Part shown: positions 1 to 8,717 of the stretch, piece by piece
Layout of the letters: each line of letters starts with the position of its first letter
How positions within the stretch are numbered: position 1 is the first letter of the stretch
From: Verrucomicrobiales bacterium
GTDB lineage: Bacteria; Verrucomicrobiota; Verrucomicrobiia; Methylacidiphilales; JAAUTS01
Assembly (NCBI GenBank): GCA_031265105.1
Contig: JAISDC010000267.1
Location: forward strand, 6,448 to 70,447
Direction of reading: 5' to 3'
DNA: 64,000 bases
Translations under genes and position numbers: made by a program
Notes under the pieces: generated by a model
Told to the model about the DNA's origin: nothing
The model's input: the letters and a program-made list of their open reading frames with translations, nothing else
Databases searched by the model: none

Positions 1-2
1 AG

Positions 3-1661
3 TCACCGGCAGCGCCGGCGCCCACCCCCACCCACCGGCCGCCGCTCACGCCCGCCAAACCCGCCGATGCGCGACTGGAACCCGCGGCGGAAACGCTGTT
101 GCCGGAAAGCAATCTCGCCCCGGAACAGTTGCTCACGCTGGAGAATGATTTTTTCCGCGTCATCGCCACCACCCACGGCGGCGGCATCAAGCGCGTCGAG
201 TTGAAAAAGCACCGGTTGACCGGCGACCAGCCGGTGGTGCTCAACCGCGCCGCGCCGCTGCCGGTGTTCAACATCGCGGGCTGGACGGCCAACGCCAACC
301 TGATCGGCTACCAGGTCGCCGACCATGACGCCGTCAGCGTGACCTTCACCCGCGAGTTGCAGCCGGGCATCACGCTGACGCGCAAGTTCACCATCAGCGA
401 CGACTACAGCCTGGCCCTGGAGCAAACCGTCACCAACGCCACGGCGGAAATCAAGGTGTTGCCGCCGTACCGGCTTAGCCTCGGCACGGTCACCGCGTTG
501 CGCCCGGAGAACGGCACGGCGGAAGATCGCTACGTCACGCTGTCCTGGTACACCACCGCCGGCAGTTACGGCGGCGGGCAGCTCGGGCAATTCAGCGACT
601 TCGCGCCGCTGGGCTTCAAACTGTGGTCGGGCAAACAGTTGATAGACAGCGGCGATGCCGCGATTCGCTGGGCAACGATGAAGTCGCAGTTCTTCGCCAT
701 GATTGTTGACTGCCACGGGTTCGACGCCCGGCAGGTGACCGGCGCGCGCCAGTACTTCCCCGAACTCCGCGCCGAACCCAACACCGCCGTGCCGACGGGC
801 ATTGTCGGCGACCTCGCCATCAGCGGCCTGACCGTCAATCCCAACACCAGCGTGGCGCAACAATTCTCGCTGTACGCCGGCCCGAAGGAAAACTCCCGCC
901 TGCAACTGCTGCCGGACGACCAGGCCCGCGTCATGGAATTCGGCTGGTTCGGCATCATCAGCCGCGCGCTGCTGTGGCTGATGAATTGCATCCACGATTT
1001 TGTGCCCAACTACGGCGTGGCGATTGTCTGCGTGACCATCATCCTGCGCGCGATTCTGTGGTGGCCGCAGTCCGCCGCCAACCGCTCCATGAAACGGATG
1101 CAGGCGGTCGCGCCGCTGATGAAGGAAATGCAGGAAAAATTCAAGGGCCAGCCGGAAAAACTCAACCCGGAGATGTTGAAAATTTACAAGGAATACGGCG
1201 TCAACCCGGTCGGCGGCTGCCTGCCAATGCTGATTCAGTTCCCGATTTTCATCGGCTTCTACGGGATGCTGCAAAGCTCCATCGAACTGCGGCACGAGCA
1301 TTTCCTATGGATCAAAGACCTGTCGCAGCCGGACACCGTGTTCCGCCTCGCGCTGGGCGGCGCCTTCTCGCTGCCGCTGAACCCGATGCCGCTGATCATG
1401 ACCGCGACGATGTATCTCTCCATGCGCATCACCCCGCAGCCGCAGGGCGTGGACAATCCGATGGTGAAAATGATGCGCTTCATGCCGCTGTTTTTCCTGT
1501 TGTTCTGCTACAATTTCAGCTCGGCCTTGTCTCTGTACTGGACGGCGCAAAATATTCTCTCCATTATCCAGATGCGTTACAATTTGAAACAGGTCGCGCC
1601 CACGCTGGAAGCCATGAAAGCCCAGGCCCAGGCGCGCAAAAAGCGGCTGCACAAGCGCTGA
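3..1661 (+). CDS. yidC: Membrane protein insertase YidC (5' partial; the frame is open back to nt 3, so the true start is probably upstream of the window)
   Basis: ORF 99..1661 has a periplasmic N-domain followed by a YidC/Oxa1 core (RAILWWP, MQAVAPLMKEMQEKFKG, GVNPVGGCLPMLIQFPIFIGFY, WIKDLSQPD). It is followed by jag, the conserved pairing. Confidence 0.9.
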   Translation, partial: SPAAPAPTPTHRPPLTPAKPADARLEPAAETLLPESNLAPEQLLTLENDFFRVIATTHGGGIKRVELKKHRLTGDQPVVLNRAAPLPVFNIAGWTANANLIGYQVADHDAVSVTFTRELQPGITLTRKFTISDDYSLALEQTVTNATAEIKVLPPYRLSLGTVTALRPENGTAEDRYVTLSWYTTAGSYGGGQLGQFSDFAPLGFKLWSGKQLIDSGDAAIRWATMKSQFFAMIVDCHGFDARQVTGARQYFPELRAEPNTAVPTGIVGDLAISGLTVNPNTSVAQQFSLYAGPKENSRLQLLPDDQARVMEFGWFGIISRALLWLMNCIHDFVPNYGVAIVCVTIILRAILWWPQSAANRSMKRMQAVAPLMKEMQEKFKGQPEKLNPEMLKIYKEYGVNPVGGCLPMLIQFPIFIGFYGMLQSSIELRHEHFLWIKDLSQPDTVFRLALGGAFSLPLNPMPLIMTATMYLSMRITPQPQGVDNPMVKMMRFMPLFFLLFCYNFSSALSLYWTAQNILSIIQMRYNLKQVAPTLEAMKAQAQARKKRLHKR

Positions 1662-1680
1662 CGGTGACAGGCATTGAGTT

Positions 1681-2139
1681 ATGGCATCGGGTTATTCGCC
1701 AAAGGAAACGCTGGAACTGATTCTGGGGCATCTCGGCTTTGTGTTTGAGGTGCGCGAGGAACAGCACCCGACCGGCCTGACCCTGCACATCTTCACCGGC
1801 GAACCCGGTCGCCTGATCGGCAAGAACGGTCGGACGCTGGACGATTTGCAATACCTGCTGAACCGCATCCTGGCCAACGAGGAAGACGAGCCGCAGCGGG
1901 TGACCGTGGACGTCGAGCATTACCGCGAGTGTCAGCAGGCCGATTTGCTGAAAAAAATCACCGCGCTCGCGGCGCAAGTCCTGGCCACCGGCGAGGCGGT
2001 GACGCTGCCGCCGATGAATTCCTTTGACCGCCGCACCGTGCATCACCATTTCGCCAACGACCCGCTGATCATGAGCGTCAGCGAGACCACCGACGCCCGG
2101 CTGAAAAGCATCACGCTCCAGCGCCGACCAGCGGCTTAA
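1681..2139 (+). CDS. jag: Jag/KhpB-like RNA-binding protein (KH + R3H domains)
   Basis: 152-aa ORF 20 nt after yidC. It has a KH-like segment (GRLIGKNGRTLDDLQYLLNRI) and an R3H-like segment (MNSFDRRTVHHHF). Confidence 0.8.
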   Translation: MASGYSPKETLELILGHLGFVFEVREEQHPTGLTLHIFTGEPGRLIGKNGRTLDDLQYLLNRILANEEDEPQRVTVDVEHYRECQQADLLKKITALAAQVLATGEAVTLPPMNSFDRRTVHHHFANDPLIMSVSETTDARLKSITLQRRPAA

Positions 2140-2154
2140 CGCCAAGGGTTAGGA

Positions 2155-2222
2155 TTTTTTACCGGGAGATCATGGAGAGCGTTTTTTGGATTAGCTCTCC
2201 ATGAACTCCATGGTCTCTCTGT
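2155..2222. repeat. REP-like hairpin, family F (GGAGATCATGGAGAGC / GCTCTCCATGAACTCC)
   Basis: Imperfect inverted repeat between the convergent jag and autotransporter genes. A related copy in opposite orientation lies at 35567..35622. Confidence 0.7.
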
Positions 2223-2227
2223 AACAA

Positions 2228-4699
2228 TTAGAACTGGTGCCGGTAGCCCGCTGACAGTCCCCAAGGTTTGTCATACTTGTCGCCGAAGGAGGCTTCGTAG
2301 TCGAGGTGGAGTTGATTGTCAGCGTCGAGTTGCCAGATGATACCGCCACCGAGTTCGGCTCTGGCACCGTCAGTGTTGGCGCGGGTGGATTGATAACCGT
2401 TTCTGATGACGCCGCCGCTGCTGATGGTTTCGACGCCGCTGATCTTGATATAGGGTTGTAACGCGCCGCTGTTGGTGAGGTTGATGGTTCTGCCGAATAT
2501 GCTACCGAGGCGGAGTTGCAGGGCGTCGAGGTCTTGGGCGCTGATGCTCATCGGGCCGGCGGTGTAGTTCTCGGCGAGGATGCGGAGGTAGTTGACTTGG
2601 AACTGAGGTTCCACAAACCAACCATCGGTGAAGGTAAACTTATTACCGATTTCGAGGCTGCCGCCGAGGTTCACGTCGCTGTAGCTGGCTTTGAGTTGAG
2701 TGTTGCCGTAGGGGGCTTTTAGGTCGTTATCGACACTGGCAGCTTTGAAGGTGGCATCGATGTAGAAGCCGCTGGAGTGGAGCCAGGTGGCGTAGAGGCC
2801 GCCGTAGTAGGAGTTGAGTTCACCGTCAGCACCGGGAGTGCGGTAGTCTATATCACTGCGACCATAGCCGGCATAGACGCCCAAGTATAGGTCACTGTCA
2901 GCACTGATGGTGAACTTGTGATCCGTGCCGAGATCGACGCCGTAGATGAGTTGTTCGTAGGCTTTGCCTGCTACTTGGCTGCCGACGTTTAGCTGTTGGC
3001 CGTAGCTTCTTATCCAGATGTTGTCGATGAGGTTATGGAGCGCGGGCGTCCCGCCCGCTGGCGGGCGAGACGCCCGCGCTCCATAGCGCAACTCACCCAT
3101 GCGCTTGAGCAAACTGTTTTGCTGCGCGAACCACATGGCTTGTTGGATCGCTGCGCTGCTGTTCAATACCGCGCCGGCGGGGCTGGTGCCGTTCTTGATG
3201 AAGTGGTCACCGTCTTTGATAAGTTGGTCAATGCCCCAGTCAATCGGATCCCACTGCCAATTTTCCGTGCCGTCGCCGCTGACGATGCCGGGGAGGATTT
3301 TATTCGGGTCGGCCTTGCCATCGCCGGTGGTGTCGAGGTGAACTATGCCGTCACCGTCAGCGGTGCCGGTGATGGTGATGGAACCGCCTTCGCCGGTGTC
3401 GCTGTTGACATTGATGTTGACGGTGCCGCTGTGGGTCATGTTGTCGAAGATGACTTCATAATCGCCGATGTTCCACACGCCATTGTTCTCACCGTAGTTA
3501 CCGTGGCTGTTTTTGTCGAAAGTCCACACGCTATCGCCGCCGGTGATGAGGTTGCCGCCGGTGTAGCCGCCTTGGCCGGTGGCGCCAGTGTCGAGGATGA
3601 CGGTGACGGCAGCTTCATCGTTCTGCGCGATGTCGCCGAGCAGGGTGCTGTCGCTGCCACTGAGGGTGACCTGCAGGGTGGATGAATCGCTGCCGATGAC
3701 GTTGCCGGTCAGGTCGCTGTGGTACAAGTTTACCGTCGTATCGCCGGCATTGGCAGTCGTGATGTCGCCGGTCAAATCGGTGTTGATGAGGATTGCCGTG
3801 TGGACCCCGGAGTCGCTAGCTTTTACCGCCTCATGGGTTTGTGCAATGGTCACATCCTGCAAGATGGCAGTGCTACTTCCGGAGCCTTGAAACCGTATCC
3901 CGGTTGCATCCTCGCCGGTGGCCGTCAAGATCATGTCCGTCAAATAGACCGCGTTATCGCCGTCACCGCCTACCGCCACAAGATTAGCCGCTGACCCGCT
4001 GGTGGTGATGGAGCCGTGTCGGATGGTGATACCGCCTTCCCCCGCACTCCATGACGCCACTCCGTACGCTAACCCACCGCTGGTGTGAATCTCTATATCG
4101 GTAAAATCCGCCAGGCCGCTGCCGCCGATGCCAAAGGCTCGCGATCCCTCGGTGATAATCCGCACATTGGAACCGCTGACGGTGCTATTGCGGCTGCCAC
4201 TATTGTACACCTCGGTTAAAATGCCATAAGAATTCACGTCGCCCGTGGTGTGGATGACGGCGTTATCAATGGTAATGAGCGCGCCGGCACGCGCCCAAAC
4301 CCCATAGGAGGTCGTGCCACTCGTGGTGATGCGCACATCGTCCAACACCATGTGCCCCTGATAGGCAATCAGGCCAAACGCGCCATTGCCGGAGGTATTA
4401 ATGCTCACCGCGCTGCCACTCAGGAAAGAAGCGGCACTGTTGCCAGTGTTACTAATGTACAGGCCGTGACTGATGCTGCCGCTGGTGTCGATGGTCCACT
4501 CGTTAATGCCCGCAATCGTCCCGCCGTTACGCACAATGACGCCATAACCCCAAACCTGTGAGGTAGTGATGGTGCTTGGATTGATCGGCACCCGGTTGGT
4601 GCCGTCAACGGTCACCGTTTGCGCCAGCGCGCCGGTTGCCAGCCAGGGCCAGAGGCCGAGCAAAACGGCCCAGTTGATTAGTGTTAGTTTGGGGTTCAT
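2228..4699 (-). CDS. Autotransporter outer-membrane protein (beta-helix passenger + C-terminal beta-barrel), paralog 1
   Basis: ORF 2228..4849. The start was moved to M51 (4699), where a signal peptide begins (MNPKLTLINWAVLLGLWPWLATGALA). The passenger is G/T/S/N-rich and repetitive. The last ~280 aa form a classical autotransporter barrel ending GYRHQF. Confidence 0.85.
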   Translation of the reverse strand: MNPKLTLINWAVLLGLWPWLATGALAQTVTVDGTNRVPINPSTITTSQVWGYGVIVRNGGTIAGINEWTIDTSGSISHGLYISNTGNSAASFLSGSAVSINTSGNGAFGLIAYQGHMVLDDVRITTSGTTSYGVWARAGALITIDNAVIHTTGDVNSYGILTEVYNSGSRNSTVSGSNVRIITEGSRAFGIGGSGLADFTDIEIHTSGGLAYGVASWSAGEGGITIRHGSITTSGSAANLVAVGGDGDNAVYLTDMILTATGEDATGIRFQGSGSSTAILQDVTIAQTHEAVKASDSGVHTAILINTDLTGDITTANAGDTTVNLYHSDLTGNVIGSDSSTLQVTLSGSDSTLLGDIAQNDEAAVTVILDTGATGQGGYTGGNLITGGDSVWTFDKNSHGNYGENNGVWNIGDYEVIFDNMTHSGTVNINVNSDTGEGGSITITGTADGDGIVHLDTTGDGKADPNKILPGIVSGDGTENWQWDPIDWGIDQLIKDGDHFIKNGTSPAGAVLNSSAAIQQAMWFAQQNSLLKRMGELRYGARASRPPAGGTPALHNLIDNIWIRSYGQQLNVGSQVAGKAYEQLIYGVDLGTDHKFTISADSDLYLGVYAGYGRSDIDYRTPGADGELNSYYGGLYATWLHSSGFYIDATFKAASVDNDLKAPYGNTQLKASYSDVNLGGSLEIGNKFTFTDGWFVEPQFQVNYLRILAENYTAGPMSISAQDLDALQLRLGSIFGRTINLTNSGALQPYIKISGVETISSGGVIRNGYQSTRANTDGARAELGGGIIWQLDADNQLHLDYEASFGDKYDKPWGLSAGYRHQF
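3035..3084. repeat. REP-like palindrome, family C, inserted in frame in autotransporter 1
   Basis: ATGGAGCGCGGGCGTCCCGCCCGCTGGCGGGCGAGACGCCCGCGCTCCAT, with 14-bp perfect outer arms. Related copies lie at 39876..39925 (paralog 2) and 59420..59465 (intergenic). Confidence 0.8.
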
Positions 4700-4936
4700 G
4701 TTGGTTCTTTCGGTTGGTTGTTTGTGGTTGGTTAAAATAAAGGATTGACGCCTGGTCGCTCCCTGAGCGGAGGCGAATGGGCGGGTTGGCTCGGCAATGG
4801 GGCGAGCCGATCCTTCGGCTCTGCTCAGGATGACGGCGAGGCGGGGCACGGTCAGCGGACGGTGTCCTGCCGCATGGGGAATGAAGCGAACAAAACTCGG
4901 CGGGGAAATTAGAGAGTCGGGGCAGGCGTCGTGCTC

Positions 4937-5024
4937 TGAGCGCGTGAGCGCGTGAGCGCGTGAGCGCGTGAGCGCGTGAGCGCGTGAGCGCGTGAGCGCG
5001 TGAGCGCGTGAGCGCGTGAGCGCG
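4937..5024. repeat. Perfect 8-bp tandem repeat (TGAGCGCG)x11, which reads (CGCGCTCA)x11 on the minus strand
   Basis: Eleven contiguous identical units counted directly, about 238 nt upstream of the autotransporter 1 start codon. Confidence 0.95.
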
Positions 5025-5180
5025 ATGCTTTGATTCTATGGCCTATCTCTATCATCTTCAGCGGGTTACCGGGTTCTCGCTTTGATTTAACCACCGTGTT
5101 TTTTTAGTGGCCTGTGTCAGCGGGTACCGATAACAAGGTGAAACGGTATAGAATCAGCCTAACATGTGCAAGGATTTTTT
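4937..5180 (-). repeat. Element E copy 1: ~156-bp conserved module plus the 8-bp tandem tract
   Basis: The reverse complement of 5025..5180 aligns at roughly 75-80 % (by eye) with 59921..60083. Both end in the same octamer repeat. Conserved blocks include CCTGTTATCGG, GGCCAC.AAAAAAACA, GGTGGTTAA, CGCTGAAGATGA and CCATAGAATC. Confidence 0.75.
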
Positions 5181-5285
5181 TAACCACGGGTGAACACGGG
5201 AAAATTCCAAGCTCAAAACCATGACTCGTTATCTAGTTAACTCATCTTTGTGATCCGAGGAATCGGCGGGAAATCATGTTAGAAG

Positions 5286-6422
5286 TCAAAGCCGATCCAG
5301 CAGGCGGGCGACCACTTTCTTCGCGTCAAAAAATTCCTCGGCAATCCGGCGCGCGGCGCGGCGGTGGCGGGCTTCGTCGGCCAGCACGGCGTCCAGCGCC
5401 CGCGCGGCGCTGGCGATGTCGGTGAACGGCAGCAGCCCCTCGCCCGCGGGCAACACTTCACTCCAGCCGGTTTCCTGCACAATCACCGGGCAGCCGAGCG
5501 CCAGGCAGCAGGGACTGCGGTCGCCGAACCAGCCGCAGCGGGAACGGACGTAGCCGTGCTTGGCGGGGCTGAACTCACCTTTGCTGCTGGCGAGAAAATC
5601 ACGGTAAGTCCGCCACGCGCCGCTGACGGTGGCGGCGGCGGACAAGCGCCAGCCTTTGTCAGTGTAACGCCGGTAATCCTCGTGCTCCGGCGGCAAATCG
5701 CCGGCGATTTCCAGCCGGGCGCGGGTGCGCGCGGGCAAGTCAATCAGTCGCTCAAACTCGACGGCCTTGTTATCGTACCACTCGCCCTGGTATTCGACGG
5801 AACCGTAAGCGTACCAGTGCGTGACGGTGGCGAAGGCGTCACCGTCAGCGACGGGATGGAACGGCCAATATTCCAGGTTGACCGGCCACAGCGTCGGCCG
5901 CCATTCGATGCCGAGGCGCGGCGCGCGACAGCGTGGCGACGGCAGTTGCAGGCCGACGGTGAAAAACACGTCATGCCCGGCGAGTCCCATATCAACATGA
6001 TAGACTTCCTGCCAGATTTGCGTGAACGCGGGATCCAGGTCGGCATAAATTCGCCGCCTGGGCCGCCGCAAAATTTCCCGGTCGCGCAACAGGCCGGACA
6101 AATTCAACAACAAGTCACTGCCAGCGGCGAAATCCAGCAATTTTTCCCTGTCAGGCGATTGACCGTCCACCAGCAGCGTCTGGCATTCGGCAAACCCGAA
6201 CTCGCGCATCGTGCGCTGCCAGTGGGCGAGGTTGGCGGATTGCGCCAGGGCGGCGGGCTGACCAGCGGCGTCCCGGAGTTTTTCCGCCGCCAGATTTTCC
6301 ACCAGCCACACGTCCCAGCCGCCGGCGCGGAACGCCAGCGCCCAGTTGAGAAACGCCCAGGTGTTGCCCGCCGAATGCACGGGATAGTTAGCGATGCCAA
6401 CGCCGATGACAATCTTTGGCAT
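5286..6422 (-). CDS. Glycosyltransferase-like protein (CgeB/GT1_2-like C-terminal domain)
   Basis: 378-aa ORF. The C-terminal part (LALGCPVIVQETGW..GEGLLPF..ASAARALDAVLADEARHRRAARRIAEEFF) resembles GT1-type C-terminal domains. The exact family is not certain. Confidence 0.5.
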   Translation of the reverse strand: MPKIVIGVGIANYPVHSAGNTWAFLNWALAFRAGGWDVWLVENLAAEKLRDAAGQPAALAQSANLAHWQRTMREFGFAECQTLLVDGQSPDREKLLDFAAGSDLLLNLSGLLRDREILRRPRRRIYADLDPAFTQIWQEVYHVDMGLAGHDVFFTVGLQLPSPRCRAPRLGIEWRPTLWPVNLEYWPFHPVADGDAFATVTHWYAYGSVEYQGEWYDNKAVEFERLIDLPARTRARLEIAGDLPPEHEDYRRYTDKGWRLSAAATVSGAWRTYRDFLASSKGEFSPAKHGYVRSRCGWFGDRSPCCLALGCPVIVQETGWSEVLPAGEGLLPFTDIASAARALDAVLADEARHRRAARRIAEEFFDAKKVVARLLDRL

Positions 6423-6458
6423 AATAAACCGCCGCCGGCGGCGGAGTCACCGTCAGCG

Positions 6459-6788
6459 TCAGGCCGCCAGGCCGAGTTTTTGTTCAAGGTTGGCCTTGGA
6501 GATCATGCCGACAATCTGGTCCTTGATTTTGCCGTCCTCGAAAATCAACAGGGTCGGAATCGCCCGCACATTGTACTGCGCGGCAATTTCCTGACCCTTG
6601 TCCACATCGACCTTGCCGATGGTCACCTTGCCGACATGGGCGTCCGCGATCTGGTCCAGCAACGGCGCGAGCATCTTGCACGGCCCGCACCACTCCGCCC
6701 AAAAATCCACCAGGACGGTGCCCTTCGTCTGCAAAACTTTCGCGGCAAAATTCCCCGCGTCCAATGTGATTACGTTTTCGCTGGCCAT
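6459..6788 (-). CDS. trxA: Thioredoxin
   Basis: WCGPC active site (DFWAEWCGPCKMLAP). The start was moved to MASENVITLD (6788), giving a typical ~109-aa length. Confidence 0.9.
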   Translation of the reverse strand: MASENVITLDAGNFAAKVLQTKGTVLVDFWAEWCGPCKMLAPLLDQIADAHVGKVTIGKVDVDKGQEIAAQYNVRAIPTLLIFEDGKIKDQIVGMISKANLEQKLGLAA

Positions 6789-6917
6789 AGTCCACGCATG
6801 ATGGACGTTGCCGGTGAAAATGCAAGTTTTGCCAATCAAAAAATTCTATAGCAATTCACTTTGAACTAGCGACGGCCAGGCTCCTCTCGTAGGGCAACTG
6901 TGCATAGCGGTTAAATT

Positions 6918-7862
6918 TTAGCGCTCAAGCTCCGCCGCCTCGCCGTCGGTTAGCGCCAAATCCATCGTGCTCATCACTCCGTCCACCTGCGCCGCGTTGC
7001 GCGCGCCGACGATGGCGCCGGTGACCGCCGGGTTCCGCAACGTCCACGCAATCGCCGCCTGCCCCGCCGACCAGCCGTGCCGCGCCCCGATTTCTTTCAA
7101 CCGGTCCGCGATACGCAAGTTCACCGTCAGCGCCGGCTCGCGAAACGCCGGACTGCGCGCGCGCCAGTCGTCGGCGGGCAACTTCGCAATCCGCTCCCGC
7201 GACATCGCCCCCGTCAGCAACCCTGACCCCATCGGCGAATACACAATCACGCCGATATCGTGCCGCTGACAGTGCGGCAAAATCTCCCGCTCCACGTCAC
7301 GATTGATGAGCGAGTACGGCGGCTGTAACGATGTCACCGGCCCCACCGTCAGCGCCTCGTTGAGTTCCGCCACGTTGAAGTTCGACACGCCGGCCCAGCG
7401 CACCTTGCCGTCCTGGCGCAGCTTGTTCATCGCCTCCCACGCGCCCGCGATTTCGCCAATATCGTCGCTCGGCCAGTGAATCTGGTACAAATCAATCACG
7501 TCAGCCCGCAACCGCCGCAAGCTCGCCTCGCACTCGCCGATGATGGACTCCGGCTCGATGCAATACCCCACCGACCCGTCCACCTTGCCGAACATCCCGC
7601 ACTTGGTGAAAATGTACGGCCGCTGACCGTGCCACGACCGCAACGCGCGCGCGACCACTTTCTCCGAATGCCCGAATCCGTAAATCGCCGCCGTGTCAAT
7701 CCAGTTCACGCCCAACTCCAGCGCCCGATGAATCGCCGCGATGGACTCGCCGTCATCCTGTTTCCCCCAGCCGAATTCCCAGCCGTTGCCTCCCACCGCC
7801 CAAGCCCCGAACCCAATCGGGGTGATTTGCAAATCCGAACCGCCAAGTTTTTTCAGTTTCAT
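6918..7862 (-). CDS. Aldo/keto reductase family oxidoreductase
   Basis: 314 aa with AKR-type motifs (GFGAWAVGG, IDTAAIYGFGHSE, LQPPYSLINR, GVIVYSPMGSGLLTG). Confidence 0.85.
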   Translation of the reverse strand: MKLKKLGGSDLQITPIGFGAWAVGGNGWEFGWGKQDDGESIAAIHRALELGVNWIDTAAIYGFGHSEKVVARALRSWHGQRPYIFTKCGMFGKVDGSVGYCIEPESIIGECEASLRRLRADVIDLYQIHWPSDDIGEIAGAWEAMNKLRQDGKVRWAGVSNFNVAELNEALTVGPVTSLQPPYSLINRDVEREILPHCQRHDIGVIVYSPMGSGLLTGAMSRERIAKLPADDWRARSPAFREPALTVNLRIADRLKEIGARHGWSAGQAAIAWTLRNPAVTGAIVGARNAAQVDGVMSTMDLALTDGEAAELER

Positions 7863-7890
7863 GTGTTCAGTTAACCACCAATGACTAAAA

Positions 7891-7978
7891 AACTCCAGTC
7901 ACGAAGACCCAAAGACGCAAAGTTTTGATTTTGATAAACTAAAACACTTCGTGCCTTGGCGTCTTCGTGACTGGAGTT
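7891..7978. repeat. REP-like hairpin, family G (AACTCCAGTCACGAAGAC ... GTCTTCGTGACTGGAGTT)
   Basis: 18-bp perfect outer arms plus imperfect inner arms. It belongs to the CACGAAGAC..GGCACGAAG family, with a further copy at 38988..39062 and partial copies near 47400 and 63300. Confidence 0.8.
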
Positions 7979-7988
7979 CTAATTTGCG

Positions 7989-8630
7989 TTACCCAAGCAT
8001 CCACTCCGGCATATTTTTCAAATCCTCCGGCGTGTGAAAATTAAACACCGGCGTCCGTCCCAACTCCTCCAAAATCGCCGGATTCGTCACCGCCGCCGCC
8101 AAGTCGTCAACATCAACAGAATAATGATTCACAATCACTCCCGCCAATTCACACCCCGACGCGCGCACGCTTTCAATCGTCAACAGCGTGTGGTTCAACA
8201 TCCCCAGCGTCGCCGGCGCGACAATCGCCACCGGCAGCGCCAACTCCCGCGCCCAATCGCGCACAAAATAATTCACCGTCAGCGGCACCAGCCAACCGCC
8301 GACGCCCTCGACCAAAAACGGTCCGGGAAATTTTGTCATCACCGCCTCAACGCCGTCACGCAACGCGCAAAAATCAAACGTTTTGCCCGCCACCAAACCC
8401 GCCGCATACGGCGACAACGGCGCGGCGAGGTGCACCGGATTAATTTGGTTCAACGTCAGCGTCCCGTCATTGGCAGCGGCGAATTGCTCCGCGTCCTCAC
8501 GCCCCCCGCAGGAAATCGGCTTCAACGCCAGCGCCAACTTCCCGCGTCGCCGCAACTCCCGCGTCCACGCCGCCGTGACAAAAGTCTTCCCCACGCCAGT
8601 CCCCGTCCCCGTGATAAAAATTCCGCGCAT
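7989..8630 (-). CDS. bioD: ATP-dependent dethiobiotin synthetase
   Basis: 213 aa with an N-terminal P-loop (MRGIFITGTGTGVGKTFV) and BioD-like length and layout. Confidence 0.9.
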   Translation of the reverse strand: MRGIFITGTGTGVGKTFVTAAWTRELRRRGKLALALKPISCGGREDAEQFAAANDGTLTLNQINPVHLAAPLSPYAAGLVAGKTFDFCALRDGVEAVMTKFPGPFLVEGVGGWLVPLTVNYFVRDWARELALPVAIVAPATLGMLNHTLLTIESVRASGCELAGVIVNHYSVDVDDLAAAVTNPAILEELGRTPVFNFHTPEDLKNMPEWMLG

Positions 8631-8717
8631 ATAAATTCCAAATCACCATTTCCAACTACCAACTGCGGCTGTCGGCGCAGGTCGCCGGCTTCCTGCCGGA
8701 AGCAATTACGTCCATCA

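Noticed and set aside
3-1301. 432-aa ORF on the minus strand opposite yidC
   Set aside because: It is a shadow ORF typical of high-GC DNA. It is Arg/Ala/Gly/Gln-rich and low-complexity, and it overlaps entirely a gene with clear YidC motifs.
4937-5024. Possible CRISPR array (also considered for the clustered REP-A copies at 26.6-28.6 and 48.4-49.7 kb)
   Set aside because: The octamer units are contiguous with no spacers. REP-A copies are inverted pairs separated by whole genes. No cas genes are present.
4909-5094. 61-aa ORF translating the octamer tract as (SRAHALTR)n, and the 86-aa ORF 60121..60381 ending in the second tract
   Set aside because: The periodic peptide is a by-product of a 24-nt (3x8) phase. 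Starts are weak (TTG for 60121..60381), and there is no conservation between the two loci outside the DNA repeat.
5364-6851. 495-aa plus-strand ORF across the glycosyltransferase-like and trxA genes
   Set aside because: It is antisense to two well-supported genes, has Arg/Gly/Ala-biased composition, and has no recognisable domain.
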